Shown piece after piece: positions 48,734-56,950 of a DNA stretch of 61,442 nucleotides (positions are counted from its first letter, which is position 1; each line of letters starts with the position of its first letter). Source of the DNA: an archaeon (GTDB lineage: Archaea; Nanobdellota; Nanobdellia; Woesearchaeales; GW2011-AR4). Under the pieces are notes generated by a model. That model saw nothing but the letters and a program-made list of their open reading frames with translations, was not told where the DNA came from and ran no database searches. Location: assembly GCA_002688925.1 (NCBI GenBank), contig NZEC01000006.1:27385-88826 (forward strand), written 5' to 3'. Made by a program: the position numbers and the translations under genes.

Positions 48734-49252
48734 ATGGAGATGGAAGAGGGTCCGCTCTATAAGAATATTATTTCTCATATTGACATTAATAGAGGTATTG
48801 ATTCTATACATTATTTAAATTTCAATGACATTTCAAAAGAGCCAAAGTTTGATGAATTTCTTGATGATATAAACCAGTATAATGATACAATAGAGCTCAG
48901 CCTGATAAAAAACAAGGCGTACAAGGAAGCAGTGATGATGTCCCTGCATATAATTAATGCAGAAAGTGATTTCCTCAAGGAAATCATTAGGGATGAGCAA
49001 AAGACTTTTGGAGGCAGCAAATTATTTTACCTAAACAACAATCATGATAAAATCCTAGTTATTGCTGTTCCCGGAAGCATGGAAAACAAGCTGAATATGG
49101 TCATAAACAGGCTAAACAAGATAAATGAAAAAATACACCGGATGAATTTAAAAATAAAAAAAGAAAATATAGACATGTATGCGAAAAGAAAAAGCATCCA
49201 TGACAAAAAAGATGATATAATAAACATGATTAATAAGAATTTAAAGGTGTAA
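48734..49252 (+). CDS. hypothetical protein (172 aa)
   Basis: GGGGGTGA lies upstream of the ATG. Lys/Asn-rich helical C-terminus. No family recognised. Confidence 0.5.
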   Translation: MEMEEGPLYKNIISHIDINRGIDSIHYLNFNDISKEPKFDEFLDDINQYNDTIELSLIKNKAYKEAVMMSLHIINAESDFLKEIIRDEQKTFGGSKLFYLNNNHDKILVIAVPGSMENKLNMVINRLNKINEKIHRMNLKIKKENIDMYAKRKSIHDKKDDIINMINKNLKV

Positions 49253-49280
49253 TTCAAAAATTATGAACAAAATATCTTAT

Positions 49281-50309
49281 TCAATCAGAAACATTCTTTT
49301 TCATTCTCTCAACAAACTCCTCAAACTGGTGTTGCTTTACATTAGCGCCGCATGCAAGCTCATGCCCTCCGCCATAGCCCTCCAGCCCAACAAGGGATTT
49401 TTCCAAGATAGGAGGTATTATTTTTTTTGAGCTCCTTATACTCATCCTCATATCATCTTCTTTTCTTCTCGCAACTATTATTATCTTATCGGGAAATTTA
49501 TACAAAAGCTCATTAGCCAAATCCCCTGTAAAGCTCATCTTGTCATCTGAATATGTAAAAACAAGCAATTTCTCATCTTTAACATTAGATATTGCACTTT
49601 TTAATAAATCATCATAATGATTTTTTATCTTTTCATATGCCTTAAAGATAAATTTCCCCCTTGAACTTTCTTGATTTAATATCTCATTTGGATGCTCTAT
49701 CCTTGTCAAAATCTTTACCTTCTTCATAACATCGCTTGTTTTTCCCTTTAAACAAAAAGAATAAATCTTTATCAATTCACCCAGCTTTGTATTAAAATAA
49801 ATATCTTCAACTTTCTTTTCATTATCCATCAATCCAGGATATTTTTCTTTAAATTCATCAACAAAATCAGGCATGTAATAATCTGCTATGCATCCAAGCA
49901 TTGCAATCCATATATCCTGCCCAGCAGTCTTATAGCACATGTATGTTGTTGGTATATTCCCATCCTGCTTTATTAATCTTGGATTAAAATATTTTACATT
50001 TTCCCTTTTAAAAGGGCCATGATGGTCTATCCATATCACAGGAACTTTAGCATTATCAATAAAATCCTGCTCTAAACAGGCTACATCTAAAACAAAGGCC
50101 TTGTCAGCATCATAATCCTCTATTTTTCCAACAGATTTAGAATCTAGTCTAGGATGTGTCTTCACAACAAAACCATGCCCTTCTCTAACATACCTGTACA
50201 AAAGCAAAAAAGAGCACAACCCATCAGGATCATCATCAAAAAAGAACAATGGATTCTTACAGGTTTTCAACTCATCCCTTATTTCCTCATAGTGTTTTTC
50301 TGTAAGCAT
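49281..50309 (-). CDS. second DHH/DHHA1 phosphoesterase (RecJ/NrnA-like)
   Basis: FDDDPDGLCS, IDHHGP and GGHELACGA. Confidence 0.7.
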   Translation of the reverse strand: MLTEKHYEEIRDELKTCKNPLFFFDDDPDGLCSFLLLYRYVREGHGFVVKTHPRLDSKSVGKIEDYDADKAFVLDVACLEQDFIDNAKVPVIWIDHHGPFKRENVKYFNPRLIKQDGNIPTTYMCYKTAGQDIWIAMLGCIADYYMPDFVDEFKEKYPGLMDNEKKVEDIYFNTKLGELIKIYSFCLKGKTSDVMKKVKILTRIEHPNEILNQESSRGKFIFKAYEKIKNHYDDLLKSAISNVKDEKLLVFTYSDDKMSFTGDLANELLYKFPDKIIIVARRKEDDMRMSIRSSKKIIPPILEKSLVGLEGYGGGHELACGANVKQHQFEEFVERMKKNVSD

Positions 50310-50443
50310 TTAAGAATGGATTTCCATATAGTATTTAAACATATTGCCTTTAATTATTTACAATATTGAAAATAAATATTACTAAATTGTAATCACTTTA
50401 AAGTAACTAAAAAATAGAAAAGTTTATATATAGTTAATTTTAT

Positions 50444-51463
50444 ATGAATATTATGGACCTAAATAACAAAAAATATTCAAATTTAATAGCCACATTATTT
50501 TTTGGTATACCTCTATCCATAGTTATGTCTACACATTATTACTCGCATCCTGGAAAATTAGAGAGGCACTTGGAACTCTGGAAAGCTGCATATTCTGATA
50601 TTAAAGCAACTGCAACCGCTAAGTTTTTTGATGATTCAAAAGGGCATATATTAAATTCAGATATAATTGTAAATAGTTCAGAATTGCATCCAGTTAACAA
50701 AAAAGATATTAAATTAAATTTAGAACAAAAATTAAGTCTAGAACAAGAAGTAGATAATAATATTAATAAACTTATTACAAATCAAGTTGAAAAAAGAGGA
50801 CTCGAAAAAGCATTTTCTAGAATTTCACAATATGATGATTATATTACTAATGCTGCCTCAAAGAATAATCTTGATGATAATTTGATTACAGCTTTAATTG
50901 CTAGAGAATCAAAAGGACTGTTAAGAAACCCATCACATAAAGGTGCAAATGGTCTGATGCATTTAATGCCAAAAACTGCAAAACATGAATTAGGTTTAAC
51001 AATTGATAAATATATTGATGAAAGGTTAAGTCCAGATTCCGTATTTCCCGGAGTTAAATATCTAAATAAATTTATTAAAGAGCATGGAAATGTATTTGCT
51101 GGTCTTGCTTCTTATAATGGTGGTCCAACCCGTATCAGAAGAATAGTTAGAGAGAATGGGAAAGGATGGGAAGATATAAAAAATAAATTGCCTCATGAAA
51201 CAAAACAGTATGTAGTAGAAGTCCTTAGCAGATACAAAATATTAAAGGACCCAAAAAAATATAATATAAATATTGACCAAAAACCGTTATATTCTGAAAA
51301 GATAAATAATAGTGGTGTACATATAGTGAAATCTGGAGAAACATTCAATTTAATTGCTAAAAAGCATGATGTCAAACCCTCATCAATGAAAGAAATAAAT
51401 CCAACTATAATTGATTATTCAAAAATTTATGTTGACCAAAAAATAAGGGTTCCAAGAACATAA
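50444..51463 (+). CDS. membrane-anchored lytic transglycosylase (SLT domain) with C-terminal LysM
   Basis: N-terminal TM helix. The SLT core is ALIARESKG...GANGLMHLMPKTA...ASYNGGP. The LysM segment is HIVKSGETFNLIAKKHDVKPSSMKEINP...VDQKIRVP. Confidence 0.75.
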   Translation: MNIMDLNNKKYSNLIATLFFGIPLSIVMSTHYYSHPGKLERHLELWKAAYSDIKATATAKFFDDSKGHILNSDIIVNSSELHPVNKKDIKLNLEQKLSLEQEVDNNINKLITNQVEKRGLEKAFSRISQYDDYITNAASKNNLDDNLITALIARESKGLLRNPSHKGANGLMHLMPKTAKHELGLTIDKYIDERLSPDSVFPGVKYLNKFIKEHGNVFAGLASYNGGPTRIRRIVRENGKGWEDIKNKLPHETKQYVVEVLSRYKILKDPKKYNINIDQKPLYSEKINNSGVHIVKSGETFNLIAKKHDVKPSSMKEINPTIIDYSKIYVDQKIRVPRT

Positions 51464-51627
51464 CCTTTAAATTCCTCTTTTCTTTTACTTTAATTTATGA
51501 ACTTTCCTAAATATTCCCTGAAAAAACCATCCTCTGTTCAATTGCGGCCATAAAGAAGTTAAATTCAAATTAAATTCACTATCTCTTTAAAGCAAACTTT
51601 TTAAATAAATCCCATTCTTATTCAGTT

Positions 51628-53379
51628 ATGAACGCAAAAGAGCTGAAGAAAAAATACTTTGAATTCTTTAAAGGAAAAAATCACGCTTTTATCAGCTCTG
51701 CTTCCCTGATTCCGGAGCATGATCCGACTGTCTTGTTCACAACAGCAGGCATGCATCCATTAGTTCCGTACTTCATTGGAGAAACTCATCCTGCAGGAAA
51801 GCGCCTTGTTAATGTGCAGAAATGCATCAGGACAGGGGATATAGATGAAGTAGGAGACCCATCACATTTGACTTTTTTCGAGATGCTTGGAAACTGGTCA
51901 TTAGGTGATTACTGGAAAAAAGAAGCAATTAACTGGAGCTATGAATTCTTAACAGATAAAAAATGGCTTGGCATTGATAAAAATAAGCTTTCATTTACTT
52001 GTTTTAAAGGAGACAAAGACGCTCCAAAAGATGAGGAATCAGCTAAGATATGGGAATCGTTAGAAATTCCAAAAGAAAGGATTTATTTCCTTCCAAAAGA
52101 AGATAACTGGTGGGGTCCAGCAGGAGAAACAGGACCATGCGGCCCATGCACCGAGATGTTTTACGATACAGGAAAAGAAAAATGCAGTAAAGACTGCAAA
52201 CCGGGATGTTCCTGCGGAAAATATTTTGAGATATGGAATGATGTATTCCTAGAGTATGATAAAAAAGCAGATGGCTCTTTTAAAACATTAAAGCAAAAAA
52301 CCGTAGATACAGGGATGGGTGTTGAAAGGGCAGCAGCAATGCTGCAGGGGAAAAAGATTGTTTATGATACTGAAATGTTTGCACCAATAATAGGCAAAAT
52401 TAAAGACAATGCCAAAAATCAAAATGAGAAATCAATTGAGATAATTGCAGATCATCTAAAAGCATCTACTTTTATCTTAGCAGAAAAAATAACTCCAAGC
52501 AACTTAGACCAAGGCTATATTTTAAGAAGATTGATTAGAAAATCCATAAGGCACTTTAGATTATTGGGGATAGAAAAAGAAAACTTTACATCAGAAATAG
52601 CAAAAATTGTAATCCAAACCCATAAAGATAGCTATTCAGAACTAAATGAAAACAAAAGCTTTATCTTAGATGAATTAAAAAAAGAAGAAAAAAAATTCAA
52701 GAGAACATTGGAAACAGGTTTAAGGGAATTCAACAAATTAGCAAAAGGAGAAAAAATAACAGGAAAACAAGCCTTCATCTTATTCTCAAGCTATGGATTT
52801 CCTATAGAAATGACAGAAGAGTTAGCAAAAGAAAAAAATATTGAGTTAAATAAAAAAGAATTTGAAAAAGAATTTGAAAAACACCAGGAACTCTCAAGAA
52901 AAGGCGCAGAAAAAAGATTCAAAGGAGGCCTGTCAGACAGCTCAGAGCAGTCCAAAAAGCTCCATACAGCCACTCATCTCTTAAATGCAGCTTTAAGGAT
53001 TGTCTTAAAAAACAATAACATTATCCAGAAAGGCTCCAACATAACCTCAGAAAGGCTAAGATTTGACTTTAATTTTGACAGAAAATTAACTAAGGAAGAA
53101 TTAAAACAAACAGAAGACCTAGTTAATGAAAAAATAAAAGAATCTATTCCAGTAAAAAAAGAAGAAATGACCTTAGAAGAGGCAAAAAAAAGAGATGCAC
53201 GGGGAGTTTTTGAAGATAAATATAAGCAAAAAGTCTCAGTTTACACTATTGGAGATTTTTCAGTTGAAATATGCGGGGGCCCTCATGTTAATAACACTAA
53301 TGAACTTGGCAACTTCAAAATAAAAAAAGAAGAGAGTTCTGCAGCAGGAATTAGAAGAATAAAAGCTGTTTTTAAATGA
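51628..53379 (+). CDS. alaS: alanyl-tRNA synthetase, short form ending after the editing domain
   Basis: FTTAGM, FFEMLGNWSLGDYWK, GPCGPCTE, IWNDVF and VDTGMGVER. Editing-domain HTATHLL and CGGPHV are present. At 583 aa it lacks the C-terminal C-Ala region. Confidence 0.85.
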   Translation: MNAKELKKKYFEFFKGKNHAFISSASLIPEHDPTVLFTTAGMHPLVPYFIGETHPAGKRLVNVQKCIRTGDIDEVGDPSHLTFFEMLGNWSLGDYWKKEAINWSYEFLTDKKWLGIDKNKLSFTCFKGDKDAPKDEESAKIWESLEIPKERIYFLPKEDNWWGPAGETGPCGPCTEMFYDTGKEKCSKDCKPGCSCGKYFEIWNDVFLEYDKKADGSFKTLKQKTVDTGMGVERAAAMLQGKKIVYDTEMFAPIIGKIKDNAKNQNEKSIEIIADHLKASTFILAEKITPSNLDQGYILRRLIRKSIRHFRLLGIEKENFTSEIAKIVIQTHKDSYSELNENKSFILDELKKEEKKFKRTLETGLREFNKLAKGEKITGKQAFILFSSYGFPIEMTEELAKEKNIELNKKEFEKEFEKHQELSRKGAEKRFKGGLSDSSEQSKKLHTATHLLNAALRIVLKNNNIIQKGSNITSERLRFDFNFDRKLTKEELKQTEDLVNEKIKESIPVKKEEMTLEEAKKRDARGVFEDKYKQKVSVYTIGDFSVEICGGPHVNNTNELGNFKIKKEESSAAGIRRIKAVFK

Positions 53380-53400
53380 AAAAATCAATAAATATTAAAA

Positions 53401-53676
53401 TCATAACTTATAAACAACATCATGCTCTCTTACATGTTCCTTGACCTTTAAGCCAATGCTCTGCCCTTTTTTTGCTTCCTCTACTTTATTATGCTCTATC
53501 TGTAAACTATCCACTGTTTGCTTAAAATCACTTGTAGCACCTTTAATCCTTATTTTGTCTCCTACTTTTAGAGTGCCTGTTAACTCTATAATTCCAACAC
53601 ATAGTTTTGTGTAATAGTGGGAAATTTTGCCAATTTCCTTTCCTTGTACTTCTTCTTTTTTTTGCTTTTCAGCCAT
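53401..53676 (-). CDS. EF-Tu domain 2-like beta-barrel protein (translation elongation factor-like protein)
   Basis: ISHYYTKLCVGIIELTGTLKVGDKIRIKG...IEHNKVEEAKKGQSIGLKV. ATG at 53676 is preceded by GGGTGG. Confidence 0.55.
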   Translation of the reverse strand: MAEKQKKEEVQGKEIGKISHYYTKLCVGIIELTGTLKVGDKIRIKGATSDFKQTVDSLQIEHNKVEEAKKGQSIGLKVKEHVREHDVVYKL

Positions 53677-53821
53677 AAAACCACCCAATATTGTAATGAT
53701 TAGTTTTTATTTTATTTAAATTTGTCGGAAATTTATAGGATTATTTATATTTATTTTGCAATCTTCAAATACCTATTGCAAGACCTAAAGAATTCAATAT
53801 TCCAAATAAAAAAATAAATCC

Positions 53822-53888
53822 CCCTCGCGAGGGATAAATGCCTTCATTTTTTAAAAACGTTGGGGGTGGTTTTCAATAATGAAGGCAT
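53822..53888 (+). repeat. GC palindrome CCCTCGCGAGGG followed by an 11-bp-stem hairpin
   Basis: The palindrome spans 53822-53833. ATGCCTTCATT (53838-53848) pairs with AATGAAGGCAT (53878-53888). Same architecture as 3438-3490. Confidence 0.5.
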
Positions 53889-53934
53889 AGAAAAACACAC
53901 CTAAAAAGGTGCCACCACAAAGACTAAAGGGTGA

Positions 53935-55014
53935 TCATTGATCTATGATTTCTATGCCCAGCTCTTCGGTTATTTCTGCAACTTCAGGGCTTGGCTCAAG
54001 CACGCTCTGCTTTCCCAAAATCCAGGGGCTCTTCACGCCAGTCACAATTGTCATTACAGTAAGCTTTCCTTTCATTTCATCTGAAACTCTGGCTCCCCAT
54101 ATAACATTTGCATCTGCATCTAAGCTATCAGTCACTAATTCCCCTATCTTATTGATATCATCCAATGTCATATCTGATCCTCCAACTATATGGATCAAAG
54201 CTCCTGTTGCTCCTTTGTAATTTATATCCAGCAATGGATTTTGCAATGCTCCTTTAACTGCTTCATCCACTCTGTTAGTAGTATCGCTTGCTCCAACACC
54301 AATCACTGCAACTCCTCCATTTGTCATGATTGCTTTTACATCAGCATAATCCAAATTAACCAAACTTGGAACTGCAATTGTTTCCACAATCCCTTTGATC
54401 ATTGTTGCCACAAGCTCGTTAGCTACTGCAAAAGCCTGCTGTATTGGCAAATTCCCAGCTATTTTAACCAATCTGTTGTTATCTATCACAATAACTGTGT
54501 CAGAAACATCTCTTAGCTGTTGCAATCCAAATTCTGCTTTATCAACCCGCGCCCTTTCGATTATAAATGGCATAGTTACTGTGCCTATAACAATAGAGCC
54601 AGTATCCTTTGCAACCTGTGCTACTAGTGGAGCTCCTCCTGTTCCTGTGCCTCCGCCCATGCCAGCGCATACAAAAACCATATCGCTTCCCTTTAAGGAT
54701 TGCTTTATTTCCTGCAAGCTCTCTTGTGCAGCTTCTGCTCCCCTTTCAGGAAAACCGCCACATCCTAAACCCCTTGTTACACTTGTTCCAATTAAGAATT
54801 TCCTGTCAGCAGCTATCATATCCAAATGCTGCTGGTCGGTATTACATGCTAATATCTCAGCTCCCTTAACACCTTTATTATAAAGCCAGCCAACCATATT
54901 ATTGCCTGCTCCCCCTATACCTAAAACTTTTATGTTTGCATGTCCTACCATATTTACATCATCTACTTTATTCTGCTCACTAGTTTTTATTGCGTTTTCC
55001 ACGATAAAATCCAT
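53935..55014 (-). CDS. ftsZ: cell division protein FtsZ
   Basis: GIGGAGNN and tubulin signature GMGGGTGTGGAP. ATG at 55014 is preceded by AGGGGTG. Confidence 0.95.
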   Translation of the reverse strand: MDFIVENAIKTSEQNKVDDVNMVGHANIKVLGIGGAGNNMVGWLYNKGVKGAEILACNTDQQHLDMIAADRKFLIGTSVTRGLGCGGFPERGAEAAQESLQEIKQSLKGSDMVFVCAGMGGGTGTGGAPLVAQVAKDTGSIVIGTVTMPFIIERARVDKAEFGLQQLRDVSDTVIVIDNNRLVKIAGNLPIQQAFAVANELVATMIKGIVETIAVPSLVNLDYADVKAIMTNGGVAVIGVGASDTTNRVDEAVKGALQNPLLDINYKGATGALIHIVGGSDMTLDDINKIGELVTDSLDADANVIWGARVSDEMKGKLTVMTIVTGVKSPWILGKQSVLEPSPEVAEITEELGIEIIDQ

Positions 55015-55122
55015 TTTCACACCCCTTAATTTGTGGTTTTCAATATCTACATTCAAATATAAATGTTAGAGTACCAAAATATTTATATTGAAGTTTATTC
55101 CTACTACTTCTTAGAATTGAGT

Positions 55123-55255
55123 TATTTGCGCCAACAAATAGCTTTATTAGAGCAATTTAACTGTTAAAAGAACTTTTACACAACAAAACAAGCCGATTAA
55201 GCACGCTTTTTCGCCAAAAAAAGCCGCTTTATTGAGTTTTTCGCCAAAAAAACTC
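55123..55255. promoter_or_regulatory. three hairpins of the form T-run-CGCC(A)A-A-run between ftsZ and dph5
   Basis: TATTTGCGCCAACAAATA at 55123-55140, GCTTTTTCGCCAAAAAAAGC at 55205-55224 and GAGTTTTTCGCCAAAAAAACTC at 55234-55255. Confidence 0.45.
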
Positions 55256-55504
55256 AAATATCGTTTTCTTAATATATTATTTAATGAATAAACTGATATT
55301 TAAAGATTTCTAAAGTGTAAACTATATGTTTTAGTATACTATTATGGGAATTTTGTTAAAGCGAGCATTGTGGCGAGCGATATAGATGCCGAGCGCATTG
55401 GCGAGGCCTGATTTTCTTTTAATATCAAAATTATTTGTTTTAAAGTTTAATCTTACTTGCTTTTTTATGATTAAAATTATAAATAAAGCATATTTACTCT
55501 TTTT

Positions 55505-56263
55505 ATGACTCTCTATTTTATAGGAATTGGCCTGAATGATGAAAAAGACATAACAGTGAAAGGCCTGGAACTAGTAAAAAAAGCAGATATAGTATATTTG
55601 GAAAACTACACTTCTAAAATTAACTGCAATATCAAGTATTTAGAAGATCTATATGGAAAGAAGATTATTCTGGCTGACAGGAAACTAGTGGAAATAGATG
55701 CAGATAAAACAATATTAGAAAATGCAAAAACTAAGGAAGTTGCTTTCTTAGTTGTTGGAGATGTATTTTCAGCCACAACCCACACAGATTTATATATAAG
55801 AGCTAGAAACATGGCAATCAAAACAAGAGTAATCAATAATGCTTCTGTACTGACTGTAGTGAGTATAACAGGCCTGCAATTATACAAATTCGGCAAAACT
55901 CCCAGCATTCCATTTGAAAATGAGAATGTAGAAACTCCTTATGATATCCTAAAGTTAAACCAAAAAAACAACCTCCACACTTTATTTATCCTTGATCTAA
56001 ATCCAGATACAAATAACAGCATGGCTGTAAATGATGCAATTAGGTATTTGTTAAAAGTAGAACTAAAAAGAGGAGAAAATGTGTTTAAAGACAGCACTTT
56101 ATGCATTGGCTGCGCTAAATTAGGAAGTTTAGATCAAATAATAAAAGCCGGAAAAGCAAAAGACCTCCTAAAAACAGATTTTAAGAACGGTATGCAATGC
56201 CTGATAGTTCCAGCTAAAAATCTTCATTTCATGGAAGAAGAAGCTATAAAACTTTATTATTAA
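55505..56263 (+). CDS. dph5: diphthine synthase
   Basis: Tetrapyrrole-methylase-fold N-terminus LYFIGIGL. Dph5 length and blocks VGDVFSATTH and PAKNLHFMEEEA. Confidence 0.85.
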   Translation: MTLYFIGIGLNDEKDITVKGLELVKKADIVYLENYTSKINCNIKYLEDLYGKKIILADRKLVEIDADKTILENAKTKEVAFLVVGDVFSATTHTDLYIRARNMAIKTRVINNASVLTVVSITGLQLYKFGKTPSIPFENENVETPYDILKLNQKNNLHTLFILDLNPDTNNSMAVNDAIRYLLKVELKRGENVFKDSTLCIGCAKLGSLDQIIKAGKAKDLLKTDFKNGMQCLIVPAKNLHFMEEEAIKLYY

Positions 56264-56640
56264 GCGCAATGATTATCCTCACACCCATTCCTGCATAAAA
56301 ATAGGAATTGCTTTGGATTTTCATCCTCGCAATAGAATTCCATCAAATAATTCTTATTCTGGCAGTAATCCTTGAACTCGAACCTTGTTGAATTACCGTA
56401 AAAACCAAAAATAGAGCCATTGACCCACCTTACAATGCCATTATCAGTATCATGACACAACCTCACTGTAACTATATCTTCTTTTTCTTCTTCCACTATT
56501 ACAGGAACTTCCTTATCTTCAGCTTCAATCTCATCAATAACAGCTGCAGTAATTTTTTCTTCTTCCATTATTTCTTCTTTACCGCAGCCAAAAAGAAATA
56601 TAACCACAAATATCAATAAAAAAGAAATTATTCTTCTCAT
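56260..56640 (-). CDS. small Cys-rich lipoprotein
   Basis: Lipobox-like FLFGC after the signal peptide, an acidic linker, then a C-terminal Cys module DYC...FYC...LCRNGCEDNHC. Confidence 0.6.
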   Translation of the reverse strand: MRRIISFLLIFVVIFLFGCGKEEIMEEEKITAAVIDEIEAEDKEVPVIVEEEKEDIVTVRLCHDTDNGIVRWVNGSIFGFYGNSTRFEFKDYCQNKNYLMEFYCEDENPKQFLFLCRNGCEDNHCA

Positions 56641-56695
56641 AATAGTACTAATACTATAATTATATAAAAAGTTTTGGGAATATTTAGATTATTTA

Positions 56696-56883
56696 GAAAG
56701 CCAGTGCTTATGCGAAGCCTTAGAGGGATTCTCAACTGCGCTAAATAATTGAATATGTGTTCATAGTTGCTATGTTCGAAATGGCAAACTAAAACCCATT
56801 TTGATGGGTGACGGAAAATTTCTAATTTTCCCATCATGTATGGAATTTTGCCATTTCCACTATACGCATAAGCACTGGCTCTC
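56696..56883 (-). repeat. stem-bounded element, copy E (long variant, reverse orientation)
   Basis: The 16-bp perfect terminal stem 56699-56714/56865-56880 has the same CCAGTGCTTATGCG core. The GTTGAGAA..CTAAGGC block is shared with copies B-D when reverse-complemented. The interior is replaced by nested stems: 56778-56788/56847-56857, 56802-56808/56830-56836 and 56813-56820/56824-56831. Confidence 0.85.
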
Positions 56884-56950
56884 ACACCAACCAATATTTA
56901 GAAAAATTATTAAACCATTAAAAAAGAAATAAACAAAAAAAGCATAAAAA

